Sequence record: SRR2962707_5488
Length of the DNA stretch: 64,000 bases
Direction: 5' to 3' (one strand)
Part shown: positions 51,983-61,490 of the stretch, in pieces
Position numbering within the stretch: the first letter of the stretch is position 1
Layout: each line of letters begins with the position of its first letter
Program-made: the position numbers and the translations under genes
Notes under the pieces: model-generated
Databases searched by the model: none
What the model was told of the DNA's origin: nothing
What the model saw: only the letters and a program-made list of their open reading frames with translations

Positions 51983-53182
51983 ATGAATATCGACTTCACG
52001 CCGGAGGATGAGGCATTTCGCGACGAGGTTCGCGGATTTATCGCGGCGAACCTTCCGCCGGAATGTGCGAATTCGTCGATCCTGGGCGTGATGACCGACA
52101 AAAGTGTAGTCAATCGCTGGCACAAGACGCTTTACGAAAAAGGCTGGGCCGCGCCCGCCTGGCCGGAGGAGTGTGGCGGTACGGGATGGAACGCGACGCA
52201 GCGGTTTATATTCAACGAGGAAACTGCCAGAGCCAATGCACCGCGTTTGATGCCTTTCGGGCTGAACATGGTTGGTCCGGTGATCTACACCTTCGGCAAC
52301 GCCGAACAGAAGAGCCGCCACTTGCAGGGCATACTTTCGGGCGATGTCTGGTGGTGCCAAGGCTATTCCGAACCGGGCGCCGGTTCCGATCTCGCTTCGC
52401 TTAAAACGACGGCGGTGCGCGACGGCGACCATTATGTCGTCAACGGCCAGAAAATATGGACGTCCTATGCGCATGAGGCCGACTGGATTTTCTGTTTGGT
52501 GCGCACCGAGCAGAGCGTCAAGCGGCAGGAAGGGATTTCCTTCCTGCTCATCGACATGACGACGCCCGGTATCGAAGTGCGTCCGATTATCTCGATCGCC
52601 GGTCTGCATCATCTCAACGAAGTGTTTTTTACCGACGTCAAGGTGCCGGTACAAAATCTCATAGGCGAGGAAAACAAAGGCTGGACCTACGCCAAATACC
52701 TGCTTGTCCATGAAAGAACGAGTATCGGCGGCGTCTCCGAGTCCAAGAAGAAGGCTGCGCATATCAGGGCGATTGCCCGAGCGGAGCGGAACGCGGATGG
52801 GGAAGCGCTGATAGACGATCCCGCGTTCCAGCGCAAACTCGCCGGGATCGAAGTCAAGCTCACCAGTCTCGAATACATGAATCTGCGGATTCTCGCCGAC
52901 GCGGCAGCAGGAAAGGCGGCCGGACCGCAATCGTCCCTGCTGAAGATCGTCGGTAGCGAGGTTCAGCAAGCGTTGGGCGAACTCGCCGTCGAAGCCGTCG
53001 GCTATTATATCGAGCCGTTCGAGCAAGGAGTTCCGCCTGCCGACGCCAATGTATGGAATATAGGTCCGGCCCATGCCAGGAACGTGTGGGCGGATTATGG
53101 CTACGGCCGCGCCGCGAGCATTTATGGTGGATCGAATGAGATTCAACGCGACGTCATCGCCAAGGTGATCCTTAATCTTTGA
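51983..53182 (+). CDS. Acyl-CoA dehydrogenase, PimC-like (copy 1)
   Basis: WCQGYSEPGAGSDLASL, HHLNEVFF, GEENKGWTYAKYLL, SIYGGSNEIQR. Confidence 0.92.
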   Translation: MNIDFTPEDEAFRDEVRGFIAANLPPECANSSILGVMTDKSVVNRWHKTLYEKGWAAPAWPEECGGTGWNATQRFIFNEETARANAPRLMPFGLNMVGPVIYTFGNAEQKSRHLQGILSGDVWWCQGYSEPGAGSDLASLKTTAVRDGDHYVVNGQKIWTSYAHEADWIFCLVRTEQSVKRQEGISFLLIDMTTPGIEVRPIISIAGLHHLNEVFFTDVKVPVQNLIGEENKGWTYAKYLLVHERTSIGGVSESKKKAAHIRAIARAERNADGEALIDDPAFQRKLAGIEVKLTSLEYMNLRILADAAAGKAAGPQSSLLKIVGSEVQQALGELAVEAVGYYIEPFEQGVPPADANVWNIGPAHARNVWADYGYGRAASIYGGSNEIQRDVIAKVILNL

Positions 53183-53220
53183 AAGCGGGGGACAATTCGG
53201 TTTTTGCCCGTTCGGATAAA

Positions 53221-53234
53221 TTCATTATAATGAA
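53221..53234. promoter_or_regulatory. Perfect palindrome TTCATTATAATGAA (IclR-type operator candidate)
   Basis: Lies 40 bp upstream of 53274. Related sites at 61027 and 38382. Confidence 0.55.
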
Positions 53235-53273
53235 AATGTAAACACCCGGATCGTTGCCGCGAAAGGTCAGTAG

Positions 53274-54473
53274 ATGGATATCGAGCTTACGAAAGAGGAC
53301 GAAGCCTTCCGTGCGGAAGTCCGTCGGTTCATTTCGGAAAAATTGCCCATGGAGCTCGCGGAGAGAGACACAGTGGGCGCGTCTGGCGAGCGCGGTGCGC
53401 TCAGGCGCTGGCAGAAAGATCTCCACGAGAAAGGCTGGGTAGCGGTCAATTGGCCCAAGGAGTACGGCGGCACTGGATGGACGCCGATGCAGAAGTTCCT
53501 TTTCAACGAGGAAATGGCGTTGGCCAATGCACCGCGGCTTTCTCCGTTCGGCCTGTCCATGGTGGGACCGGTGATCTACACCTTCGGTAACGAAGCGCAG
53601 AAAAAGCAGCACCTGGAGGGCATTCTTACCGGCGATGTCTGGTGGTGTCAGGGTTATTCGGAGCCGGGATCCGGATCGGACCTCGCTTCGCTGAAGACCA
53701 AGGCCCTGCGTCAGGGCGACGATTACATCGTCAACGGCCAGAAAATCTGGACGTCCTATGCCCATGAAGCCGATTGGATATTCTGTCTCGTGCGAACGGA
53801 TGAGACCGTCAAACAGCAGGAAGGCATCTCGTTCCTTCTGATCGACATGAAGACGCCCGGCATCGAGGTGAAGCCGATCATTTCCATCGACGGCCTGCAT
53901 CACTTGAACGAAGTTTTTTTCACTGATGTCAAGGTGCCGGTGACGAACCGCATCGGCGAAGAAAACAAGGGCTGGACCTACGCCAAGTTCTTGCTCGTCA
54001 ACGAGCGCACTGGCATTGCAGGTGTTCCAGAGTCCAAGCGCAAGATCGCGCACCTCAGAAAAATCGCGAGACAGGAAAGGCTTGGCGATGGCGCGGCGCT
54101 GGCGGACGAACTGTCATTCATGACGAGGCTCTCCGAAATCGAGGTGAAGCTCACGGGTCTCGAATATACCAATCTGAGGATCGTTGCGGAGGAAGTGGCA
54201 GGCCGTCCCGCTGGTCCCTCTTCCTCGACCTTGAAGATTGTAGGGACCGAAGTTCAGCAAGCGTTGTCGGAGCTTGCCGTCGAAGCCGCCGCCTTCTACG
54301 CCATGCCGTTCCAGAGGGAACATTTGACTGGAATTGCCAATGAAGCACCCGTCGGGCCCGCCTATGCGGTGAGCGTGACAAGCGCCTATAATTTCGGTCG
54401 CGCCGCTTCGATTTATGGCGGTTCGAACGAAATCCAGCGCAATGTCATCGCAAAGGCCGTTCTGGGACTTTGA
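53274..54473 (+). CDS. Acyl-CoA dehydrogenase, PimC-like (copy 2)
   Basis: Same motifs as copy 1, with long identical peptide stretches. Confidence 0.92.
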   Translation: MDIELTKEDEAFRAEVRRFISEKLPMELAERDTVGASGERGALRRWQKDLHEKGWVAVNWPKEYGGTGWTPMQKFLFNEEMALANAPRLSPFGLSMVGPVIYTFGNEAQKKQHLEGILTGDVWWCQGYSEPGSGSDLASLKTKALRQGDDYIVNGQKIWTSYAHEADWIFCLVRTDETVKQQEGISFLLIDMKTPGIEVKPIISIDGLHHLNEVFFTDVKVPVTNRIGEENKGWTYAKFLLVNERTGIAGVPESKRKIAHLRKIARQERLGDGAALADELSFMTRLSEIEVKLTGLEYTNLRIVAEEVAGRPAGPSSSTLKIVGTEVQQALSELAVEAAAFYAMPFQREHLTGIANEAPVGPAYAVSVTSAYNFGRAASIYGGSNEIQRNVIAKAVLGL

Positions 54474-54492
54474 CGGACAATCCGGACATGCG

Positions 54493-54523
54493 AAGGGCCG
54501 CATCTTGGATGCGGCCCTTTTTT
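54493..54523 (+). terminator. Intrinsic terminator
   Basis: AAGGGCCGCATC-TTG-GATGCGGCCCTT followed by a T-run. Confidence 0.85.
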
Positions 54524-54548
54524 ATGTCAGTCCACCAATCCTTCGGGC

Positions 54549-54704
54549 TCACGCCACCTGCGAATAACGCTTCAACTGGTGATCGAAGGTGCCGAACTGG
54601 GTATCGATCAACGTCAGCCGCTTGAAGTAGTGACCGACATTGAGCTCGTCGGTCATGCCCATGCCCACGTGAAGCTGCACGGCCTGCGGGCCAACGAAGC
54701 GGCC
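54549..54704 (-). pseudogene. C-terminal remnant of a PimD-like acyl-CoA dehydrogenase
   Basis: GRFVGPQAVQLHVGMGMTDELNVGHYFKRLTLIDTQFG...HQLKRY; the upstream sequence is not ACAD-like. Confidence 0.8.
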
Positions 54705-54878
54705 GTCCTGACGCCGCCCCGCGTTTTCAATCTTTACCGTCCCCAAACCATTTCTCCCTCGCCCATTCGACCTGTTTTTCCGATCGGCCGTAGTCAGTGC
54801 TTCCGCCTTTCGTAGACGGGCTGGACGTTTCCCCCATGAATGCGCTAAGCAATAAGAAATCATGATAAGGGAATAGGG

Positions 54879-56054
54879 ATGGGTATCAACGGAAAATCCT
54901 ACATAGTCGGCATCTACGAGCATCCGTGCCGCGCGGCGCTGGACAAGACGCTGCCGCAACTTCATGCCGAGATCGCGAAGGGCGCGCTGGCGGACGCAGG
55001 TCTTTCAAAAGACGATGTTGACGCATATTTCTGCGCCGGCGACGCGCCCGGGTTGGGCCCGATCAACATGATCGAGTATATGGGTCTCAATAATGTGCGT
55101 CATATGGACAGCACAGAGACCGGCGGGTCTTCCTACATTGTCCATGTCAATCACGCCGCGCAGGCCATCGCCGCGGGGCATTGCAATGTGGCGCTGATCA
55201 CGCTGGCCGGCCGGCCGGTTGCCGATGCGAAAGAAGGCAAGCCCGTCCGTTACTACAACCAGCAAGCGCCGGACTTTCCGTTCGAAACGCCTTATGGCCC
55301 CAATGTCACAAATATGTACGCGATGTGCGCGATGCGGCATATGTACGAATACGGCACCACCAGCGAGCAGCTCGCATGGATCAAGGTCGCCGCATCCCAC
55401 CACGCTCAGCACAATGAACACGCCAAGCTACGCGGCGTTGTGACCGTGGAGGATGTTGTCAATTCACCGATGATTGCCGATCCATTGCACAGGCTCGACT
55501 GCTGCGTCATCACCGACGGAGGCGGCGGCATTGTGATGGTGAGCCGGGAAGTGGCGAAGTCACTGAAGCGTACCCGGGTCAAGGTTCTCGGCGCCGGTGA
55601 GGCGCCCAAGCATCTCGCGGCGGGTCAGGTCGATCTGACCTATTCCGGCGCGTGCTGGAGCGGTCCGAAAGCTTTCGCTGAAGCCGGTGTCACACCCGCC
55701 GATATTAAGTACGCCTCTATCTACGATTCCTTCACCATCACGGTGCTGGAAACGCTCGAAGATCTGGGGTTTTGTAAAAAAGGTGAGGGCGGGAGCTTCG
55801 TCTCGGACGGCAACCTGATTTCCGGCGTCGGCAAGCTGCCCTTCAACACGGATGGCGGGGGATTGTGTAACAATCACCCGGGCAATCGCGGCGGCATGAC
55901 CAAGGTTCTTGAAGCAGTCCGCCAGGTTCGCGGTGAGGCTCCTCCGAAGGTTCAGGTTCACAATTGCGATATTGCACTGGCGCATGGAACCGGCGGCCTT
56001 CTGGGATCGCGTATGGGCAGCGCAACCGTCATTCTCGGGAGTGAAGACGCATGA
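54879..56054 (+). CDS. Thiolase-domain protein (SCP-x/Ltp2-like, no nucleophilic Cys)
   Basis: ETGGSSY, DCCVITDGGG, YDSFT, NTDGGGLCNNHP; followed by DUF35. Confidence 0.87.
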   Translation: MGINGKSYIVGIYEHPCRAALDKTLPQLHAEIAKGALADAGLSKDDVDAYFCAGDAPGLGPINMIEYMGLNNVRHMDSTETGGSSYIVHVNHAAQAIAAGHCNVALITLAGRPVADAKEGKPVRYYNQQAPDFPFETPYGPNVTNMYAMCAMRHMYEYGTTSEQLAWIKVAASHHAQHNEHAKLRGVVTVEDVVNSPMIADPLHRLDCCVITDGGGGIVMVSREVAKSLKRTRVKVLGAGEAPKHLAAGQVDLTYSGACWSGPKAFAEAGVTPADIKYASIYDSFTITVLETLEDLGFCKKGEGGSFVSDGNLISGVGKLPFNTDGGGLCNNHPGNRGGMTKVLEAVRQVRGEAPPKVQVHNCDIALAHGTGGLLGSRMGSATVILGSEDA

Positions 56055-56443
56055 GCACCGATCAGAAAAGCAAGATCAACCTTGTCGTCAATTCCGAGAG
56101 CAAGCCCTACTGGGAAGGCGCTGCCAAGGGGCAACTCCTGATCCGGACCTGCAATACCTGCGGCAAGGTGCACCACTATCCGCGGACTATTTGCCCGCAT
56201 TGTTTCTCGGATGACACGGCGTTTGTGGAGGCTTCGGGCAATGGCGTGATCTACAGCTATTCGGTCACGCGGCAAGCCAAGCCGCCTTATGTCATCGCCT
56301 ATGTTACGCTCGACGAAGGAGTCACGATGCTCACGAATATCGTCGACTGCGAAATCGACAAGATTCGGATCGGGCAGAAAGTCAGGGTTAAATTCTCCGG
56401 GGCCGATGACGGATACGCACTGCCGGTGTTCACATCCGCATGA
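56051..56443 (+). CDS. DUF35 Zn-ribbon/OB-fold protein
   Basis: CNTCG...PRTICPHC, SGNGVIYSYS, PYVIAYVTLDEG. Confidence 0.92.
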   Translation: MSTDQKSKINLVVNSESKPYWEGAAKGQLLIRTCNTCGKVHHYPRTICPHCFSDDTAFVEASGNGVIYSYSVTRQAKPPYVIAYVTLDEGVTMLTNIVDCEIDKIRIGQKVRVKFSGADDGYALPVFTSA

Positions 56444-56464
56444 TGCGGAGTTTTCGCTGACCGG

Positions 56465-56496
56465 CATTCCGGCGGGCTCGATCCCTCGCCGGAATG
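56465..56496. other. Intergenic 10-bp stem-loop
   Basis: CATTCCGGCG...CGCCGGAATG with no U-tract. Confidence 0.5.
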
Positions 56497-56595
56497 TTCG
56501 GCAACGGGCCGACTGAGACAAGGATGACGAAGAACGGAACGGCTCAATCGCAAGAAGGCCGACCCGCGAGGAATGGATTTTTCAGGGAGGATTAT

Positions 56596-58206
56596 ATGAC
56601 GTGGAATTTCGGTGATATTCTCGACAGTATTTCGTCGGCTCTGCCGCCGGATGCGCCCGCCCTTATTCATGGCGATCGGGTGATCACATGGGGAGAAACG
56701 ACACGGAGGTCCAACAATCTCGGGCGCGCGCTGATCGCGCGCGGTGCCCAGCCCGGCGACAAGGTCGCGTTCTATATGCGAAACCGGCCCGAATATGTCG
56801 AGACCATGGCGGCCTGCTTCAAGAGCCGTCTTGTCCATGTCAACATCAACTACCGCTACAATGCGGACGAAGTTTTTTACATCTTCAATGACTCCGACGC
56901 GCAAACGGTCGTGTACGGTTCCGAGTTCCGGGACATCATCGTCGAACTAAAAGACCGGCTAACAAAAGTCGCCACTTTCATCGAGGTGAACGAAGACGGA
57001 TCCTCTGCCACCTTCGCCGAAAATTACGAAAAGGTCGTCACCGACGGAGATGGCGCACCGCTCGACACTGAGCGTTCGCCGGACGATCTGCTGTTCATCT
57101 ATACGGGCGGCACGACGGGTATGCCTAAAGGCGTGATGTGGCGTCACGACGATATGCGGGAGGCTCAGCTCACTACGCTTCGCGCATTGGGTCCGATCCC
57201 GGAGACGCTTCCCGAACTCGTCGAATTTATCAAGACTTCCGGTCCAGGCCCCAAGTCGATGCCGGCCTGCCCGCTGATGCACGGCACCGGCCTCATTACG
57301 GCTATCGGTAATATGATGAGTGGCGGCTGCATCGTCACGCTCGAGAGCCCCGCTTTCGACGCGCATGAACTCTGGTCCGCGGTTTCACGTCATGGTGTCA
57401 ATTCGCTGGCGATCGTCGGCGACGCGTTCGCCCGTCCGATGCTGGCGGCGCTCGACGATGCGCCCGGCAAATACAACTTGGCCAGCGTCGTCTCGATCGT
57501 TTCTTCCGGCGTTATGTGGAGCACGGAAGTGAAGCGCGGCCTGCTCAGACATTTACCTGATGTCATTCTCATGGATTCCTTCGGAGCCTCGGAGGGGCTG
57601 GGTTTCGGCAGTTCGATTATGACGAGCGCCGGCGAGGTCAAGACCGCCAAGTTCCAGATCGGCGGCCGGTGCCGCGTGTTCGATGAAAGCGATCAGCCGG
57701 TCGAACCCGGCAGCGGCAAGCCGGGCATCATCGCCATGGGGGGCCCGATTCCCGTTGGTTATTACAAGGATCCGAAAAAGACCGCCGAGACCTTCAAGAC
57801 CATCGCCGGGACCCGCTATTCCATTCCCGGCGATTGGTGCGTTGTGGAAAAGGATGGCAGTCTGACATTGCTGGGACGCGGCAGCGTCTGCATCAACACG
57901 GCGGGTGAAAAGGTCTACCCGGAGGAGATCGAGGAAGTTCTGAAGACGCATCCCGCCGTTGAGGATGCGCTTGTCATCGGTGTGCCCGATCAGAAATGGG
58001 GTCAGGCGGTCACCGGCATCGTCATCCTGGCGACCGGCGCAAAGTTTGACGAAGAGGACTTGCGCAAGCACGTCCGCTCGCACCTCGCTGGCTACAAAAC
58101 GCCCAAGCGCATTCTGCTGGGTATCGCACCTCTTCGCGCACCGAACGGCAAGGCCGACTACAAGGGCGTTACCGATTTCGCGAAACGCGAGCTTGGGGTT
58201 GCCTAG
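56596..58206 (+). CDS. Acyl-CoA synthetase (FadD19-like)
   Basis: YTGGTTGMPKG, PLMHGTG, FGASE, GRGSVCINTAGEKVYPEE, NGKADY. ATG 56596 after GGAGG. Confidence 0.92.
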   Translation: MTWNFGDILDSISSALPPDAPALIHGDRVITWGETTRRSNNLGRALIARGAQPGDKVAFYMRNRPEYVETMAACFKSRLVHVNINYRYNADEVFYIFNDSDAQTVVYGSEFRDIIVELKDRLTKVATFIEVNEDGSSATFAENYEKVVTDGDGAPLDTERSPDDLLFIYTGGTTGMPKGVMWRHDDMREAQLTTLRALGPIPETLPELVEFIKTSGPGPKSMPACPLMHGTGLITAIGNMMSGGCIVTLESPAFDAHELWSAVSRHGVNSLAIVGDAFARPMLAALDDAPGKYNLASVVSIVSSGVMWSTEVKRGLLRHLPDVILMDSFGASEGLGFGSSIMTSAGEVKTAKFQIGGRCRVFDESDQPVEPGSGKPGIIAMGGPIPVGYYKDPKKTAETFKTIAGTRYSIPGDWCVVEKDGSLTLLGRGSVCINTAGEKVYPEEIEEVLKTHPAVEDALVIGVPDQKWGQAVTGIVILATGAKFDEEDLRKHVRSHLAGYKTPKRILLGIAPLRAPNGKADYKGVTDFAKRELGVA

Positions 58207-58265
58207 ACGACGATTTGAGTGATGGCGCCGGAGATGGCGCGCGGGTATCCGCACGGGAGGACTAG

Positions 58266-59018
58266 ATGGGACGGGTAGACGGGAAAATCGCCTTTGTGAC
58301 GGGCGGCGCCAATGGCATGGGGCGTTCTCACGCCTTGCTGCTTGCGCGCGAAGGCGCAACGCTGATCGTGACCGACATGGACGAGAAGGGCGGCAACGCC
58401 GTGGTCGAGGAGATCAACGATCACGGTGGGCAGGCACGATTCTTCAGACACGATGTGTCGAGCGTGTCGGATTGGGAGCGGATTTCACAGCAGGCGATGT
58501 CCACTTTCGGACGCGTCGACATCCTCGTGAACAATGCCGGCATCCTCGTTTTTTCCGCTGTGCAGGACACCTCGAATGAAGACTTCGCACGTATTCTCGA
58601 CGTCAATGTTAAAAGCGTATTCTATGGCACAAAATACATATTGCCCGCGATGAAGGCGGCCGGTGGCGGCTCGATCGTCAATATTTCCTCGATCTACGGA
58701 CTGATCGGTGCGCCCGCCACGGCGGCGTATCAGGCATCGAAGGGCGCCGTTCGCTTGCTGACGAAATCGACGGCTGTGGATTATGCGCCTTTCAAGATTC
58801 GCGTGAATTCCGTGCACCCAGGAATCATTCGCACGAATATGACAAAGGATCTTCTCGGCGATGCGGATGTCGCCAAACAGGTCTTGAGCGCCACGCTTAT
58901 TGGTCGGCCCGCCGAACCCGTCGAGGTTTCCTATGCGGTCCTGTTTTTGGCATCCGACGAATCGTCCTACATGACCGGCTCCGAGGTTGTCGTCGACGGC
59001 GGCTACACGACCATGTGA
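58266..59018 (+). CDS. SDR oxidoreductase (cyclopentanol/3alpha,20beta-HSD-like)
   Basis: TGGANGMG, NNAG, YQASKG, RVNSVHPG, VVDGG. Confidence 0.9.
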   Translation: MGRVDGKIAFVTGGANGMGRSHALLLAREGATLIVTDMDEKGGNAVVEEINDHGGQARFFRHDVSSVSDWERISQQAMSTFGRVDILVNNAGILVFSAVQDTSNEDFARILDVNVKSVFYGTKYILPAMKAAGGGSIVNISSIYGLIGAPATAAYQASKGAVRLLTKSTAVDYAPFKIRVNSVHPGIIRTNMTKDLLGDADVAKQVLSATLIGRPAEPVEVSYAVLFLASDESSYMTGSEVVVDGGYTTM

Positions 59019-59122
59019 TCCATAGCGAAGCGATGGAGACTGAATTCACTGAAGGTCGAGGGGGTGTCGGTGAGCCGGGGAGGAGGTCTCCCGAGGAACG
59101 CTGGCGGGTCGGTCGCTGGATT

Positions 59123-59590
59123 TTATGATCGGGGTTCTCCGGACCGGCCAGCCATCATTCGCAAGGGCGTATATTCGATCACCGTTTCGTTCCGTTGGGT
59201 CACGATCCGGTTGCTGGTGCGCACCAGACCGCGCCCCTTGGATGTCGCTCGCGCTTGAAGCACTTCGCATTCTACATGAATTGTGTCGCCGACAAAGGTA
59301 GGTCCCTTGACGTTGAACTCCATGTGCAGAAAGGCGAGACCCGTCTCCTGCATCATCGACTGGACGAGTAAACCCTCAGCCATGCAATAGACCAGCGCAC
59401 CGGGCACCACACGACCGCTCATGGGGCCGTGGGCCTTGAGATATTCGACATCGGTGAAGAGCACTTCCACCATGCCCGTCGTGTTGATGAAATTGACCAG
59501 GTCGGTTTCGGTGATCGTCCGCCCAATGGTGCGGAATTCCTCGCCGACCGTGAGGTCGTTCCAGCACAAGCCGAGGCCTAACTTTCGCAT
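59123..59590 (-). CDS. MaoC-like single hotdog dehydratase
   Basis: GRTITETDLVNF, GRVVPGAL, GPTFVGDTIHVECEV. Confidence 0.85.
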   Translation of the reverse strand: MRKLGLGLCWNDLTVGEEFRTIGRTITETDLVNFINTTGMVEVLFTDVEYLKAHGPMSGRVVPGALVYCMAEGLLVQSMMQETGLAFLHMEFNVKGPTFVGDTIHVECEVLQARATSKGRGLVRTSNRIVTQRNETVIEYTPLRMMAGRSGEPRS

Positions 59591-59680
59591 GCCCTCCTCT
59601 CCTTGCAGGTAGCAGCGGTAACACGTCCTCATCCGCAAATTTTGTGGCTGATGCCGGAAAATGCGTTCCGACGCTTTGCT

Positions 59681-60946
59681 TCAGCCTGGAATTCGGACCG
59701 ACATGCTCGAGTAGCCGTTGATCAGATTTGAAAAAACCCTCTCGGGTTCGCCGATCACTTCGATCGGCTTGTCAGGCCAGCGTTTCAGGATTTCTTCCCA
59801 GACGACGCGGAGTTGCATCTCTGCCAGCCGGTTGCCGACGCAGCGGTGGATGCCGAAGCCGAAGGACAGGTGCTGGCGGGGACGCTTGCGGTCGATGATG
59901 AAGCTGTTGGCGTTTTCGATTGCCTCTTCGTCCCGGTTGCCAGAGACGTACCACATGACGACTTTGTCGCCCTTCTTGATCTGCTTGCCGCCAAGTTCTG
60001 TATCCTGAAGCGCGGTACGACGCATATGCGACAAGGGTGTCTGCCAACGGATGATTTCGGGAACCATGGATTCGACGAGTTCCGGGTTGTCCCGCAGTTT
60101 CTTGTATTGACCCGGGTTCCGGTTCAGCGCCAGCAAGCCGCCGGTGATCGAGTTGCGGGTCGTATCGTTGCCGCCCACGATCAGGAGAAGAATATTCCCC
60201 AGATACTCCATCGGCCCCATATTTTTCGTCGCTTCGCCTTGGGCCAGCATGGTGATGAGATCGTTGCCAGGCTCGGTCGCGTTGATGCGCTGATTCCACA
60301 ACTCGGTGAAGTAGGCAGCGCAATCGCGCAATTCATTCCTGCGGGCCTTCTCGGACTCCTCGTCGCCGAAGGCCGTGCCGGCGGTGGCTACATCCGACCA
60401 GCGGGTGAGTTTCGAGCGCTCTTCCCAAGGGAAATCGAAAAGAGTGGCGAGCATCTGCGTCGTCAGCTCGATCGACACGCGATCCACCCAGTTAAACGGT
60501 TCATCGATCGGCAGGGAATCGAGAATCGTACCGGCGCGCTCGCGGATCGTGTTTTCAAGTTTTGCCAGATTGCCGGGTGCGACGATGGGGCTTACGACCT
60601 TGCGCTGCGCGTCGTGCTTTGGTGGATCCATCATGATGAACATGGGCAGGAAGAAACCTTCTTCCTGATTCCGGAGAGCGACGCCACCTAGAGTCGCTTC
60701 GGACGAATAGATGCCGTGGTTGGTGTCGACATGCATGATGTCTTTGTATTTTGTCACCGACCAGAACGAGCCGTATTCACTGTCCTTGCAGTAATGGACC
60801 GGATCTTCGCGGCGCAGCCGCTCGAAATACGGCCAGATCGCATTCGCCCTGAAGAGTTCCGGATTGCTGACATCGATCTTTTCAAGCGGGACCGCGTAGG
60901 CATCCGCAATCGACTTATCTCGAGCGGCAACCAGAGTTTCACTCAT
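59681..60946 (-). CDS. Cytochrome P450, CYP153 family (terminal alkane hydroxylase type)
   Basis: FERLRREDPVHYC, MFIMMDPPKHDAQR, LLIVGGNDTTRN, EIIRWQTPL, heme motif HLSFGFGIHRCVG. Confidence 0.93.
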   Translation of the reverse strand: MSETLVAARDKSIADAYAVPLEKIDVSNPELFRANAIWPYFERLRREDPVHYCKDSEYGSFWSVTKYKDIMHVDTNHGIYSSEATLGGVALRNQEEGFFLPMFIMMDPPKHDAQRKVVSPIVAPGNLAKLENTIRERAGTILDSLPIDEPFNWVDRVSIELTTQMLATLFDFPWEERSKLTRWSDVATAGTAFGDEESEKARRNELRDCAAYFTELWNQRINATEPGNDLITMLAQGEATKNMGPMEYLGNILLLIVGGNDTTRNSITGGLLALNRNPGQYKKLRDNPELVESMVPEIIRWQTPLSHMRRTALQDTELGGKQIKKGDKVVMWYVSGNRDEEAIENANSFIIDRKRPRQHLSFGFGIHRCVGNRLAEMQLRVVWEEILKRWPDKPIEVIGEPERVFSNLINGYSSMSVRIPG

Positions 60947-61157
60947 GACGGCGTCTCCATTGCGTTTCCAGAAGCCTGCGAATGCGTGACATAAGGGATG
61001 CCGGTTGGCCACCTTGCTCCTGTCGATTCATTATAAGCATATTTCCGCAGCTTGTCAGGTTGCATTCTTCGGGCAGCAATCCGGGTTGGCAGGAACTTCC
61101 CGAATAGTCGGTCACACGAATGTTACCGACCTTCCACCATCGGCTGCCTGTGGAATA

Positions 61158-61490
61158 TCAGGTCGGCAGGGCGACGGCGATCTCGCGCAGTTTGAACTTC
61201 TGGACCTTGCCGCTCGGCACCATGGCGTTCGCCGACGTTTCCGCCCGCTTCGGCAGATTTCCACGGTGAGCTCTGCGAGGCCGATGGCGACGCGATCGAG
61301 GGTCTTTCCGAAGTCGCGATAGTTGAGGCGGGCTTCCCTGGCTGTCGTTGAATTAAAATCGGCGACCGCTGTCTTGTCCGGCACTTTAGCGATACAGCGG
61401 TCCAGATAGTCGGGGAGTTTGGCTGGCCAGAATCCGCCGATATTCATCGCCTTCACCTGCTCCTTGGGCAGCCTGTCAGGGATGTTTAAG
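61158..61490 (-). pseudogene. Internally deleted cyclohexanecarboxylate-CoA-ligase (AliA)-like gene
   Basis: N-terminus GFWP..DYLDRCIAKVPDKTA...LDRVAIGLAEL lies within ~40 bp of a C-terminus in another frame, PSGKVQKFKLREIAVALPT*. Confidence 0.75.

Noticed and set aside
54549..54965. 138-aa ORF as an intact gene
   Set aside because: Only the last ~50 codons are ACAD-like and the 5' part overlaps the thiolase-like gene, so it is treated as a remnant.
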